A stretch of DNA of 64,000 bases from Candidatus Bathyarchaeota archaeon (lineage in GTDB: Archaea > Thermoproteota > Bathyarchaeia > Bathyarchaeales > Bathycorpusculaceae): contig CAVZIW010000010.1 of the NCBI GenBank assembly GCA_963775465.1, positions 1-64,000 on the forward strand, given 5' to 3'. The translations under genes were made by a program, and so were the position numbers. Shown piece after piece: positions 1 to 9,228 of the stretch (its first letter is position 1; each line of letters begins with the position of its first letter). The notes under the pieces are model-generated. The model did no database searches. It was not told where the DNA came from and saw only the letters and a list, made by a program, of their open reading frames with translations.

Positions 1-1
1 A

Positions 2-640
2 CATGAAGACCTAATCGCTTTCTCCAACCACCGTTTCTATGATGACACTTTGATAACTTTCCCCTCTGCCAAATGCCAAACAGATAACTTGGGCGTAAAA
101 CTTGTTCATGTTCCAGAAGGTGTCTACGATCGGGGAGGTACTAGAAGCAACTTTAGAGAAGCAGAAAGAGTTGCCGATTTAGTTTTTGATCACTTTAAGA
201 GATATCCAAAAAAAACCCTTGGTATAGTTACTTTTAGCGTCGCACAAATGGAAACTATAGCAGATGCAATTGATCGCCGCCTTAAAGAGCGACCTGAATT
301 TGACCATTTTTTCAAAGAAGATCGTTTAGGCGGTTTCTTCATTAAGAATCTTGAAAATGTTCAAGGTGACGAACGCGACGTCATTTTCTTTAGTGTGGGG
401 TACGGATTTGATCATCATGGACAGATAACGATGCATTTTGGGCCTCTCAATAAACCAGGAGGCGAACGACGTCTAAACGTGGCGGTTACACGTGCTCGAG
501 AAAAAGTGGTGCTTATTACCTCCATCAAATCTTCTGACATCGATCCCGATACCAAAGCTTTAGGGATTCAAACATTACGTGCCTACCTTTATTATGCAGA
601 GAATGAACCAGAAACTATACAACGCTTATTCTTCAGTTGA
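2..640 (+). CDS. C-terminal helicase part (AAA_12, SF1 DNA2/NAM7-like) of a large DUF4011-type helicase-nuclease; 5' partial, continues into 579..1670 across a frameshift
   Basis: Frame open from base 2 (HEDLIAFSNHRFYDDTLITFP); SF1 motifs GIVTFSVAQ, NLENVQGDERD, RRLNVAVTRAR. Confidence 0.85.
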   Translation, partial: HEDLIAFSNHRFYDDTLITFPSAKCQTDNLGVKLVHVPEGVYDRGGTRSNFREAERVADLVFDHFKRYPKKTLGIVTFSVAQMETIADAIDRRLKERPEFDHFFKEDRLGGFFIKNLENVQGDERDVIFFSVGYGFDHHGQITMHFGPLNKPGGERRLNVAVTRAREKVVLITSIKSSDIDPDTKALGIQTLRAYLYYAENEPETIQRLFFS

Positions 641-1670
641 CGAATTCGATTCTGCCATAGATAAAGATGTTTCAGATGAAATCAAGAAACTCGGATATCA
701 GATTGTTCCACAAGTTGGCTGTAGCGGTTTCAAAATTGACATCGGCGTAGTTGATCCTGTTAATCAAGGATGCTTCCTACTGGGAGTAGAGTGCGACGGT
801 ACAACCTATAAATCAAGTAACAGTGCCCGAGACCGTGACCGTCTCCGCGAACAAGTTCTAAGAGAACTGGGTTGGACTATTCACCGTATTTGGTCACCAA
901 CCTGGGTGGCAAGACGCGACAGTGAAATCCGACGCCTCAAAGAAGCGCTTGAGCAAGCCCAAAAACGGCAGATAGAGCAGGAAATCCAGCAGCCTCAAAT
1001 TTATTGCGAAGATGAGTCAACGGCAGAAATGGACGTACATAAAAACAATTTTGCCGGCATTGAAAAAATAGGGGTGCCCTACAAAATCCACCCCCTTAAA
1101 GCAAATTATAATCCTTACATTAAAGCAATCACAACAGAAAGCACCAATGAAACAAAAGTAAAAAACGCGTTTTATTTTCCAGAAAACCGAGAAAACCAAA
1201 CTAAATTACTTGCTGAACTAGTCCAAAATGAAGGACCAGTACATATTGACTACGCTGTTAAACGCTTAGCAAAATCATGGGGAATTAAACAGGTCAATCC
1301 AAAAATCTCACATGCTGTCAAAGAAGCCTTAAACAACCTGATCAGAGAACAAAAAGTAGTTATCAAAGGTAGCTTTCTGTGGCCACCTGAACTAGGCGAA
1401 ACGCCCGTTCGAGTTCCGCAAAAAGGTGTTCCCGAATCCAAACGCAAACCCCAATACATCGCTCCTGAAGAAGTTGAATCTGCCATGGGAATCATCGCTC
1501 AACATGCCTTTGGCATTAGTAAGGATTCACTGGTTTCAGAAACTGCTCGAGTGTTTGGTATAACCTATAGGGGTAAAGATGCAAAACAAATATTTACAGA
1601 AATACTAGAACGGCTGATTAGGGAACGAAAACTCGTTTGCAAAGACGGCGATACAGTTAACGTCGCTTAG
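579..1670 (+). CDS. Vsr/MTES_1575-like restriction-endonuclease domain plus DUF3320-like winged-helix region; C-terminus of the upstream helicase
   Basis: QVGCSGFKIDIGV, LGVECDGTTY, RDRDRLREQVLRELGWTIHRIWS are typical of the nuclease domain that follows DUF4011 helicases; overlaps upstream ORF in the +1 frame. Confidence 0.8.
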   Translation: MPTFIMQRMNQKLYNAYSSVDEFDSAIDKDVSDEIKKLGYQIVPQVGCSGFKIDIGVVDPVNQGCFLLGVECDGTTYKSSNSARDRDRLREQVLRELGWTIHRIWSPTWVARRDSEIRRLKEALEQAQKRQIEQEIQQPQIYCEDESTAEMDVHKNNFAGIEKIGVPYKIHPLKANYNPYIKAITTESTNETKVKNAFYFPENRENQTKLLAELVQNEGPVHIDYAVKRLAKSWGIKQVNPKISHAVKEALNNLIREQKVVIKGSFLWPPELGETPVRVPQKGVPESKRKPQYIAPEEVESAMGIIAQHAFGISKDSLVSETARVFGITYRGKDAKQIFTEILERLIRERKLVCKDGDTVNVA

Positions 1671-2347
1671 TTCGCATTTATTTTTTTTATAAGTATTGGT
1701 AGATCTGTCAGAGCTGTTATGATGTAATTTGCGCCGCTAGAAGAGAGTTGTTCTTTTGTTGAGATACCGTTTGGTAGTCCTACGGCGATTGCTTTAAGAT
1801 CTTTTGAACTTTGCATATCCACCACACTATCACCCACAATTACAGTATTTTCTGGAAGTGCATTTAGAGCTTTGAGTGCTAATTCACATTGTTCGGTATT
1901 GGGTTTAACGTATTTGACTTTGTCCCGTGAGACTATTACTCCGAAAGATTCCTCAATTTTGAAGCGGTGAAGAATATATTTTGTTGCTTTTTCTCCGCTT
2001 GTCGTGCATAATCCTATTTTTAGTTTCATTCTTTTGAGTTCCTGTAATGTTTCGATAGCGCCAGTTAATAGGCTTGTTGAGGCTGCAGCTTCTGTTTCAT
2101 ATTTTTCAGCGATGCTTAATGTTTGGGCTCGAACTTCTTTGAATGCTTCATTTGACTTCGACTTGTTTTTAACATAGATTTCTGTCTTTTTTAGCATCTC
2201 AAAAATGTTTTCGTTAACGTCAAGTATTGATCCGGGAACTCCCGCTCGCATTAGATAGCTTCTTACTTCTGCCCTCAACGATTTATAATCAAGGTTAAAA
2301 TGGGCAAGCGTTCCGTCTAAATCGAATATTACAGCTTCAATGGACAT
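1667..2347 (-). CDS. HAD-family hydrolase (phosphoglycolate phosphatase-like)
   Basis: DLDGT motif I, KP motif III, VGDSVVD motif IV. Confidence 0.9.
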   Translation of the reverse strand: MSIEAVIFDLDGTLAHFNLDYKSLRAEVRSYLMRAGVPGSILDVNENIFEMLKKTEIYVKNKSKSNEAFKEVRAQTLSIAEKYETEAAASTSLLTGAIETLQELKRMKLKIGLCTTSGEKATKYILHRFKIEESFGVIVSRDKVKYVKPNTEQCELALKALNALPENTVIVGDSVVDMQSSKDLKAIAVGLPNGISTKEQLSSSGANYIITALTDLPILIKKINAN

Positions 2348-2431
2348 GACTTTTAGCTCCGCTCTTCTCTATGGCTGGGGTTAAAGCAGTCCTAACAGAA
2401 ATATACTTTGCGGTAATCCGAAACTCAACTT

Positions 2432-3403
2432 TTACTCTGTTACAACCACCTTTAGTGGCTTTTCGACTGGATTGTCAGCGGTTTGAAGTGCTTTTTCAAA
2501 ATCCTCAAGCTTAAACCTGTGAGATATGAGTCCTTTTACATCGACAATTCTTCGAGAAATTAACTCAACAGCCAAAGGATACTCCACAGGTGAAATGTAC
2601 ATAGTGAAAAAGGAAGCTTCATCGGCATCCTCTAAGTTAAGGTACCCCTTAGATTCACCCACTAACGCCACCTTTCCAGTCTTCTTAACCAAATATGGTG
2701 TTTGAACAACTGCAGCTGTAGTTCCCGCAGCTTCAACCACAAAATCAGAGCCCCGTTTGGTTAGTTTTCGTACAGTTTTAACAACATCTTCTCTCTTTGC
2801 GTTTATAGTTACATCAGCGCCATACTTCTTTGAAAGCTCAAGTCTATAATCCATCAAATCCACCGATATCACACGGCAACCTTTCATTAATGCTATTTGC
2901 GTCATAAGCAAGCCAATTGCTCCCTGACCAATTACTGTAACCCAGTCGCCAACGTTTGGTTGCAGGTAATTTAGAACTCGAAGCGCCAAAGCAACTGGCT
3001 CTACCACTGCAGCCTCTTCATCATTAATGTTTTTTGGAACAGGAACTAAGCTTCGAGGAAGCATCGCTTTTGATTCAGCAAAAAAACCGTTCTTAGTTAA
3101 ACCATAAAATTTTCCCCGGGTGCAATATGTGGGGTATCCTTTAAGGCAGAAGTCGCAGTGCCCACAATTGACAATGGGAACCATGACAACTCGTTCTCCC
3201 GTATCCTCTCGGATTCCGCAGGCATCGTGTCCTATGATTGTTCCTTTCTTCATCCATTTCCAGTTGCCTCGATAAAAGTGCAAATCGGTGCCACATATGC
3301 TTCCAGCTTTAAACTTTACCAGAACTCTGTTGCTCCTTACTTTGGGATCTGGAACATTTTCAATTTTAATCTGACGGGGTCCACGGTAAATGGCGGCTTT
3401 CAA
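2432..3403 (-). CDS. Zinc-dependent alcohol/sugar dehydrogenase (MDR family)
   Basis: ICGTDLH, GHD (GHE variant), structural Zn CGHCDFC...C, Rossmann GQGAIG. Confidence 0.9.
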   Translation of the reverse strand: MKAAIYRGPRQIKIENVPDPKVRSNRVLVKFKAGSICGTDLHFYRGNWKWMKKGTIIGHDACGIREDTGERVVMVPIVNCGHCDFCLKGYPTYCTRGKFYGLTKNGFFAESKAMLPRSLVPVPKNINDEEAAVVEPVALALRVLNYLQPNVGDWVTVIGQGAIGLLMTQIALMKGCRVISVDLMDYRLELSKKYGADVTINAKREDVVKTVRKLTKRGSDFVVEAAGTTAAVVQTPYLVKKTGKVALVGESKGYLNLEDADEASFFTMYISPVEYPLAVELISRRIVDVKGLISHRFKLEDFEKALQTADNPVEKPLKVVVTE

Positions 3404-3513
3404 AAACAGTCAACTCTAATGTATAGTATGTATTAAAATGTGGTATTAATCTTGCTGAATTTTTTTTGCGGTAGACTAATAACCTAAATGTTGTATCTTT
3501 TGGTTGAGGTCCT

Positions 3514-3729
3514 ATGAATCTGGATCAATATTCTAAAGAACAGCTTTGGCAATTGCTCGTTGAATCTGTTCATGCTTCAGTTATGTATCCAACCCATAAG
3601 GCATACACCCGAGACAGCATCTTACCCAATCAACCAGATGTTTCAGCAACTGAGCTTTCAGAACGCTTAGGCATGCCGCTTGGGGAGGCAATAGTTATCT
3701 TAAACGAGTTGATTGAGGAAAAAAAATAG
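3514..3729 (+). CDS. Small hypothetical protein with HTH-like C-terminus
   Basis: 71-aa ORF with GAGGT RBS upstream; ATELSERLGMPLGEA is helix-turn-helix-like. Confidence 0.65.
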   Translation: MNLDQYSKEQLWQLLVESVHASVMYPTHKAYTRDSILPNQPDVSATELSERLGMPLGEAIVILNELIEEKK

Positions 3730-3887
3730 TTTAGCCATTTTTGCAGAAACCATTTTTTCTTCTAGACAAACAATTCTTCTTAGCCATCTAAAGCATCCAC
3801 GCAAAAAATTTTTAGAAATTAAATCGTCAACAAAAGAGCGTATACTATTGCTAATATTCATATTAAAGGATGAACGGAGTATCTGTC

Positions 3888-4931
3888 CTAAAGAATCTGC
3901 ACGCTTGAAGCCTTAAATACGATACAGACATCGGCACCAATGTTGAGCGCAAGCTCGTTAAAAGATCGTTTAGTTATTTGAACCAGAAAAACCCTACCGA
4001 CATCCACCTTAAGTTTTACAAGCGAGTCTAAATCAATGATCTCTGCTATCTTTCCCTTAAGCACATTTCTTGCACTTGACTCAACAGCTTGTTGGCACAA
4101 AATAATGTCCTGCGGATTAACAAAAATAGATACTTTGCCGTCCTTTTGATCGGCAACTTCAACCTGTACATTATTTCCCAAGTCGACGATTGTTGTGCCT
4201 TTTGATGTTATTTCAGCTTCACCAGCGAATGTATTGTCAATTGCTGCAAAGCTGGCCAGATTCCTGGAGAGTTTACTGAAAACCTCTACCGGTGCTCCCA
4301 CTTCAGAAATCTTCCCTTCATTCATCAAAGCGATGCGGTGAGGAAACGTCTTAGCTTGAAATATGTTGTGGGTCGCCATCACTATAGTAACTTTGTTTTC
4401 ACGATTAACTCTATCAATAACTTCTTCAAGTATGCCAGCGTTCTTAGGATCCAGGTTAGCTGTGGGCTCATCTAAGAGCAAGAGTTTCGTTTTGAGAACT
4501 AAAGCCCTCGCGATAGCGACTCTTTGCTGCTCGCCGCCCGAAAGCTTTTTTGCGTTGCGTTTCTCAAACCCTTCCAGCTTGACAAGTTTGAGTGCTCTTT
4601 TTATTTCTTCATCGCGTGTAGACTGAGGTACTTTTCTTACTTTCAATCCATAGGCAATGTTGTTATAAACTGAAGTACTGAAAACGGTTGTCTTCTGAAA
4701 CACAAGAGTGCTCTGCATTCTCTCTTTTTCAGTATTTTTGTAATTTACCTTTTTACTTTGGAATATGACTTCGCCACTTGTTGGATTTTCAATAAAAGCA
4801 AGAATTTTTAGTATCGTTGATTTTCCAGAGCCATTAGGTCCCAGTAGTGCCAATATTTCTCCTTCATGTATCTGAAGGTTTACGGAGTTGACTACTGTAT
4901 TGTTATAGTATGTCTTAGTAACGTTCTTCAA
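3888..4931 (-). CDS. tupC: Tungstate/molybdate ABC transporter ATPase with C-terminal TOBE domain
   Basis: GPNGSGKS, LSGGEQQR, LLLDEP; TOBE motif SSARNVLKGKI; operon with tupAB. Confidence 0.85.
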   Translation of the reverse strand: MKNVTKTYYNNTVVNSVNLQIHEGEILALLGPNGSGKSTILKILAFIENPTSGEVIFQSKKVNYKNTEKERMQSTLVFQKTTVFSTSVYNNIAYGLKVRKVPQSTRDEEIKRALKLVKLEGFEKRNAKKLSGGEQQRVAIARALVLKTKLLLLDEPTANLDPKNAGILEEVIDRVNRENKVTIVMATHNIFQAKTFPHRIALMNEGKISEVGAPVEVFSKLSRNLASFAAIDNTFAGEAEITSKGTTIVDLGNNVQVEVADQKDGKVSIFVNPQDIILCQQAVESSARNVLKGKIAEIIDLDSLVKLKVDVGRVFLVQITKRSFNELALNIGADVCIVFKASSVQIL

Positions 4932-4942
4932 TTCTGCAGTGA

Positions 4943-5710
4943 TTATTGGTCTGCAAGCTCTCCTTTTCTTTTTCTTAATTTGGCAAAGGACCCTTTAGCC
5001 GTTTCTACTATTAAATTTGTTTTCCTTAGTACAATTATTGAGATGTTTATGATGAAAAGTATGCTGACTAATATTATTCCCAATGCTATGGCTAGACCAA
5101 GTTCGCTGATTTGAACATCACGTGAGATGGCTGTTGTTAATACGTCAGTTCTGTTGCCTCCGCCGGCAATGTTTCCACCTACTAGTAAGACTACTCCTAA
5201 CTCTCCTATTGCTCGGTTAAAGCTGGCAATATCCGATAAGATGATTCCGTTGGCTGCCTCTTTTAGAACTGCTATTTGTGCCTGAGATTCTGAGGCCCCG
5301 AGCGTTTTGGAGAGGTTCATTATTTCTGGATCGACTGATTCGATGGAGGAGACGCCTATGCTTATCAAAATTGGTGTTATTAGTATTGCTTGACCCAGCA
5401 TTATAGCGCCGGGAGTATATAGTAGTCCTAGAAATCCCAAGGGTCCTCCTCTTGAAAACATTAAGAAAAGAATCAAACCCAAAACTACTGTGGGCAAACC
5501 TATTAGGGTATTTAGGATTGCTTTGATTATTGTTTTTCCTCGAAATTCTTTGAGGGCAATTACTAATGCGAGTGGTGTTCCCCAAAGTATGGCTAAAATA
5601 ACTGCTGTTCCGGAAAAAAAGAGGGAGCGGAGGACTATTCCTTCTATTTCTGGGTTGCCTGTGAATATTAGCTGGAAGGCCTGTATTACTTCGCCGAGTA
5701 TATCAGCCAA
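4943..5710 (-). CDS. tupB: Tungstate ABC transporter permease
   Basis: LIGLPTVVLGL, GPLGFLGLLYTP, FNRAIGELG...GGNI typical of TupB. Confidence 0.85.
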   Translation of the reverse strand: MADILGEVIQAFQLIFTGNPEIEGIVLRSLFFSGTAVILAILWGTPLALVIALKEFRGKTIIKAILNTLIGLPTVVLGLILFLMFSRGGPLGFLGLLYTPGAIMLGQAILITPILISIGVSSIESVDPEIMNLSKTLGASESQAQIAVLKEAANGIILSDIASFNRAIGELGVVLLVGGNIAGGGNRTDVLTTAISRDVQISELGLAIALGIILVSILFIINISIIVLRKTNLIVETAKGSFAKLRKRKGELADQ

Positions 5711-5721
5711 TTCACTGTCCT

Positions 5722-6736
5722 CTAATCGTAGAGCTGATAATCGTTAACTCTGTATTGTGGTGCGCATTCTGAGCCGTCGAAGAAGGCGTAATCTTTTATC
5801 CAACTGACTATTGGTTGGGGCGCGTTGTCTTTTAGCGGTTGCACTGCTTCATGGAAGAGGGTTTCTCCGTAAGTGTCTAGCCCGTAATTGTTGATTATTT
5901 GTTGAGTCTCTGGGGAAATCAAGTATTGTATGAAATCCATTGCATCATTGAAATTAATGCTGTCGTGTATGGTTTTGTTAGCTTGAACCGTTTGCGTATT
6001 CACAGCCATTACACTGTAAACGTTAAGAAGTGACTGTTCTTCAGTTATAAGTGCCTTAATTTCTATTGAACCATCTGCGTGGAATTTTAGGTAAGTGCCG
6101 ATGTCGGAGAGTGTGTATGCATCTTTTTGGTTAGCAACGGTTAGGGTTGCGCCCATGCCTTGTCCTGTGCTTGCAAACCAGGGTTCAGTAGAGAGTTCTG
6201 TGTAATTGTAGCCAGCTTCAGTCCATAGGCTTTTCTCTTTTGAGTTTGTGCCTGAGTTGTCTCCTCGAGAAACCCAGATTTGGCTTGCTCCTGACTGGTC
6301 AGGCATGTTTTGTCCGTATTGTACTATGTTGAATAATGCTTCAGCAGCTGTTTTTCCTTGGATTTGCGCTGGATCGTCTGCTGGTCCGACAATTGTGAAG
6401 AAATTATATGCTATGATTTTTCTGTTTACACCAAATCCCCCGTCTAGAAATTCTTGCTCTACTGAGGGTGCGTGAACCAGGACAATGTCAGCATCTCCGT
6501 TTTCCGCTTGTTGTATAGCTATGCCTGTACCTACTGCTACAATGTTTAAGTCAACGTTGTGTGTTGCTTCATAGTCGCTTTCTATAGCGTTCAATAAGTC
6601 CTGTATCGTATAAGCTAGTGGTTGTCGAGATGAAAACTCTTCGCTTAGAGAAGTTGTTAAAGTATACCAATGTACCCGCAATGACTATAATGGTTACGAG
6701 TGCAGCTACGATGATTAGTTTTTGCCACATTTGCAT
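5722..6736 (-). CDS. tupA: Tungstate-binding protein TupA with a +1 frameshift near 6598
   Basis: ATG at 6736 gives membrane anchor MQMWQKLIIVAALVTIIVIAGTLVYF then the TupA signature ISTTTSLYDTGL; one extra base (GGA-C-TTA-TTG) shifts into ORF 5722..6681 carrying VGTG, VHAP, SRGDNSGT, GQGMG. Confidence 0.85.
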
Positions 6737-6748
6737 GATAAACACCGT

Positions 6749-6772
6749 CGTTATGTTTGGAAATACATATCA
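6749..6772. promoter_or_regulatory. Candidate ModE-type operator in the divergent tupA/modE promoter
   Basis: CGTTATGT-N8-ACATATCA imperfect palindrome resembling ModE boxes; lies between a minus-strand TTTATAAG TATA-like box (~6778-6785) and the tupA start. Confidence 0.5.
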
Positions 6773-6810
6773 TTATCCTTATAAACCTTATCGTGACTAA
6801 TTAAACTGGC

Positions 6811-7368
6811 TTGTTAACCAATAAAAAACACACTCTCTCATGCAAAGTATGGATTGAAATCAAAGGTAAACCCTTAATCGGCAAGGGCGGCGCAGAAATA
6901 CTAGCTGCGATCCAAAAAGAGAACTCAATTTCTAAAGCTGCGGAAACATTAGGCATGTCTTATCGTTACGTTTGGAATTACATACAGGAAATCCAAACAG
7001 TAATGGAAGAACAGATCGTGGAAACTTTCAAAGGAGGCAAATCAGGCGGGGGAGGAGCAAAACTGACCGTTTTAGGGAAAGATTTGCTTAATGAGTATAG
7101 ACAAGCTGAAAGTTACTTTGATAGAGTTATAACTGATCAGGGTAGTTCGGAGGTGAAATGTTTGAAGATAAGTGCAAGAAACCAGCTTAAAGGAAAAGTC
7201 GTAGCTGTAGACAAAGGTATCATAACTGGTAAAGTTAAGGTTGAAATTACTATGCCTATAACTATCACATCCGTTATTACAAAAGAAGCCATAGAAGAAT
7301 TAGATATAAAAGTTGGAGACGAAGTTTCAGCAATCGTGAAATCAACAGAAATCATGATTGCAAAATAA
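6811..7368 (+). CDS. modE: ModE-family transcriptional regulator (wHTH + TOBE)
   Basis: SISKAAETLGMSYRYVW, GGKSGGGAKLT, ISARNQLKGKV; divergent from tup operon. Confidence 0.88.
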   Translation: MLTNKKHTLSCKVWIEIKGKPLIGKGGAEILAAIQKENSISKAAETLGMSYRYVWNYIQEIQTVMEEQIVETFKGGKSGGGGAKLTVLGKDLLNEYRQAESYFDRVITDQGSSEVKCLKISARNQLKGKVVAVDKGIITGKVKVEITMPITITSVITKEAIEELDIKVGDEVSAIVKSTEIMIAK

Positions 7369-7374
7369 TTTTTT

Positions 7375-7926
7375 TTATTCCACTACGTACCGGTAGGTTA
7401 TATGTTCGCCTGCTGTAGTGCTTTTTCTTGTAATTTTCAAGACATCACCCGGTTGAGCGCCAATTGCCTTCACTGCCGGATCGCCAGACTTGATTTGCGG
7501 CATCTGATAAGGTTTGACTTTAAATTGGGCGAGAAGTTCCTTCTTTTCTTTTTCTGATATGATTTCATGGAAGGGAACTAATGCGTGTTCGAATATGTCA
7601 AAGACAGGGAAGGATTTCGGTAAAAGTTCAACATTCTTCTTTTTTGCGCCAAGCTTAACGGCATGAGTGTAACGGCCTTCAGTGACTACAATTGCTCGAT
7701 CGATTTCTTTTTCCTTCATTATCTTGTAGAGGGTGTTCATGGCTGCGATGCCGACAGTGGCTTCGCCAAGGATGCACCAGACGATTGCTCTTTCTTTGTC
7801 TTTTGGAATGTCGATGATGTAGGCGTATGCGCCTTCAAATTTTTCTTTTTCAACAAGTTTGTATTTTCTGAGTTTAATCAGGACTTCCGCTTTGCGCTCT
7901 TCGATTGTTTCGATTTTGGTGCTCAA
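7375..7926 (-). CDS. rpoH: DNA-directed RNA polymerase subunit Rpo5/RpoH with RPB5-like N-terminal jaw domain (~183 aa)
   Basis: C-terminal HALVPFHEI...PQIKSGDP...[22 protein letters not shown]; probable TTG start at 7926 after GAGGT. Confidence 0.9.
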   Translation of the reverse strand: MSTKIETIEERKAEVLIKLRKYKLVEKEKFEGAYAYIIDIPKDKERAIVWCILGEATVGIAAMNTLYKIMKEKEIDRAIVVTEGRYTHAVKLGAKKKNVELLPKSFPVFDIFEHALVPFHEIISEKEKKELLAQFKVKPYQMPQIKSGDPAVKAIGAQPGDVLKITRKSTTAGEHITYRYVVE

Positions 7927-8173
7927 ACCACAAACCTCAAAGTAAGAATACTCGCAACCTAAAATAATCATTTGCCCTTAAACTTTATGGTTTGTAGAGT
8001 GCAAGTTTGTGTTTGACTTGGCTATTTCTATGGTGATGGTTTTTTTGGGCGCGAGTTTCTTGGTTATGATTATTTAGTTATGATAGTTTTTGTTTTGATT
8101 GTTTTCGCTGGCGGTCAGAATTGGGTTGAATAATCATGGTTATAATTATTTTCAGTTTTTTTATTTGTCCGCT

Positions 8174-8210
8174 AGAACAACAACACTTGAAAAATTTTTG
8201 TTGTTGTTCT
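8174..8210. repeat. Perfect 12-bp inverted repeat with 13-nt spacer
   Basis: AGAACAACAACA (8174-8185) / TGTTGTTGTTCT (8199-8210). Confidence 0.8.
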
Positions 8211-8403
8211 TCCGAACCTTTCTATGCAAGTGGCAGCTTTTGGAGTCTGTTGCTATAAATTTTTCCTGAGAATAACATTGATTTGTTTTTATCAATCAAG
8301 CCACAAGTAAACTTTATTTTTTCTTAGACGGTTGATGTGCCTTAATTTTTTGAACGGCATTGTTGAAATTGCGGTTACAAAGGCAACTTCTTTGGTTTTT
8401 GAG

Positions 8404-8985
8404 TTAGGTCTTCACTAGTTTGTAGCCCATTTTGTTTCCCATGCCGTACTTGTAGGCTAGGTTGATTATCAGGTTTGCCATGGATTCCAAGTTGCGTGCA
8501 GCTGCTAATGGTCCGCAGTCGACTGGGTCAAAGCCTATGTCTTTGGTTAGTTGAGCCACTGTTTTTTTAGCCTCTAAGTTGTCTCCGGCGATGAATGCAG
8601 TTAACTGTTCGTTGCCTATTCTTGCTGTGCTTTGGTTTGGTGCAAACACAGTGTTAAAGGCTTTTACTACATATGCTTCGGGTAGTTTTTTCTGTGTTTG
8701 TTCCGCTGTAGATGTCGTGCAGCTGATTCCCAAGTTCATGTTTGCTCCAATGGCGTTCATGACATCAATTACAATCTTTTTGTCGGCGAAAGGTTTGATG
8801 TTTTCTATTGCGTTATCTGAGTTTTCGTGGGGAACTGCAAGGATTATGAGTTCTCCCCATTTTGCAGCGTCAGAGACGTTTTCTTTTGGGTCGCGGTGAC
8901 CAAATTTTATTTGATGTCCAGCTTTGCTAAGTCCATTTGACAGTGCAGTGCCGACATTGCCTTTTCCTATGATCGCGATCTTCAA
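8404..8985 (-). CDS. NADP oxidoreductase, F420-dependent family (Fno/NpdG-like)
   Basis: KIAIIGKGNVG, ILAVP, VVKAFNT, GFDPVDCGPL; probable TTG start at 8985. Confidence 0.85.
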   Translation of the reverse strand: MKIAIIGKGNVGTALSNGLSKAGHQIKFGHRDPKENVSDAAKWGELIILAVPHENSDNAIENIKPFADKKIVIDVMNAIGANMNLGISCTTSTAEQTQKKLPEAYVVKAFNTVFAPNQSTARIGNEQLTAFIAGDNLEAKKTVAQLTKDIGFDPVDCGPLAAARNLESMANLIINLAYKYGMGNKMGYKLVKT

Positions 8986-9228
8986 AAATTTTATCCCTCT
9001 AAAATAATACAAGTTAGGTCTTGGTCTTTAGAAGTTGTGACTGTCATCTGACTACAACAAACCCTTCTATAGGAAACAATGGGGTAGAACAGTTTTGTTT
9101 ATTAATATCTGTTTTATTCTGTCTTTTTGTCGGTTTTAGTTTAACTGACTTTAGTATTTTCCCTAATATATTAGGGAGAAGCTCTATTTGTGATAGTGAA
9201 TATCTATGCATATACAAGGTGTAAAAAT

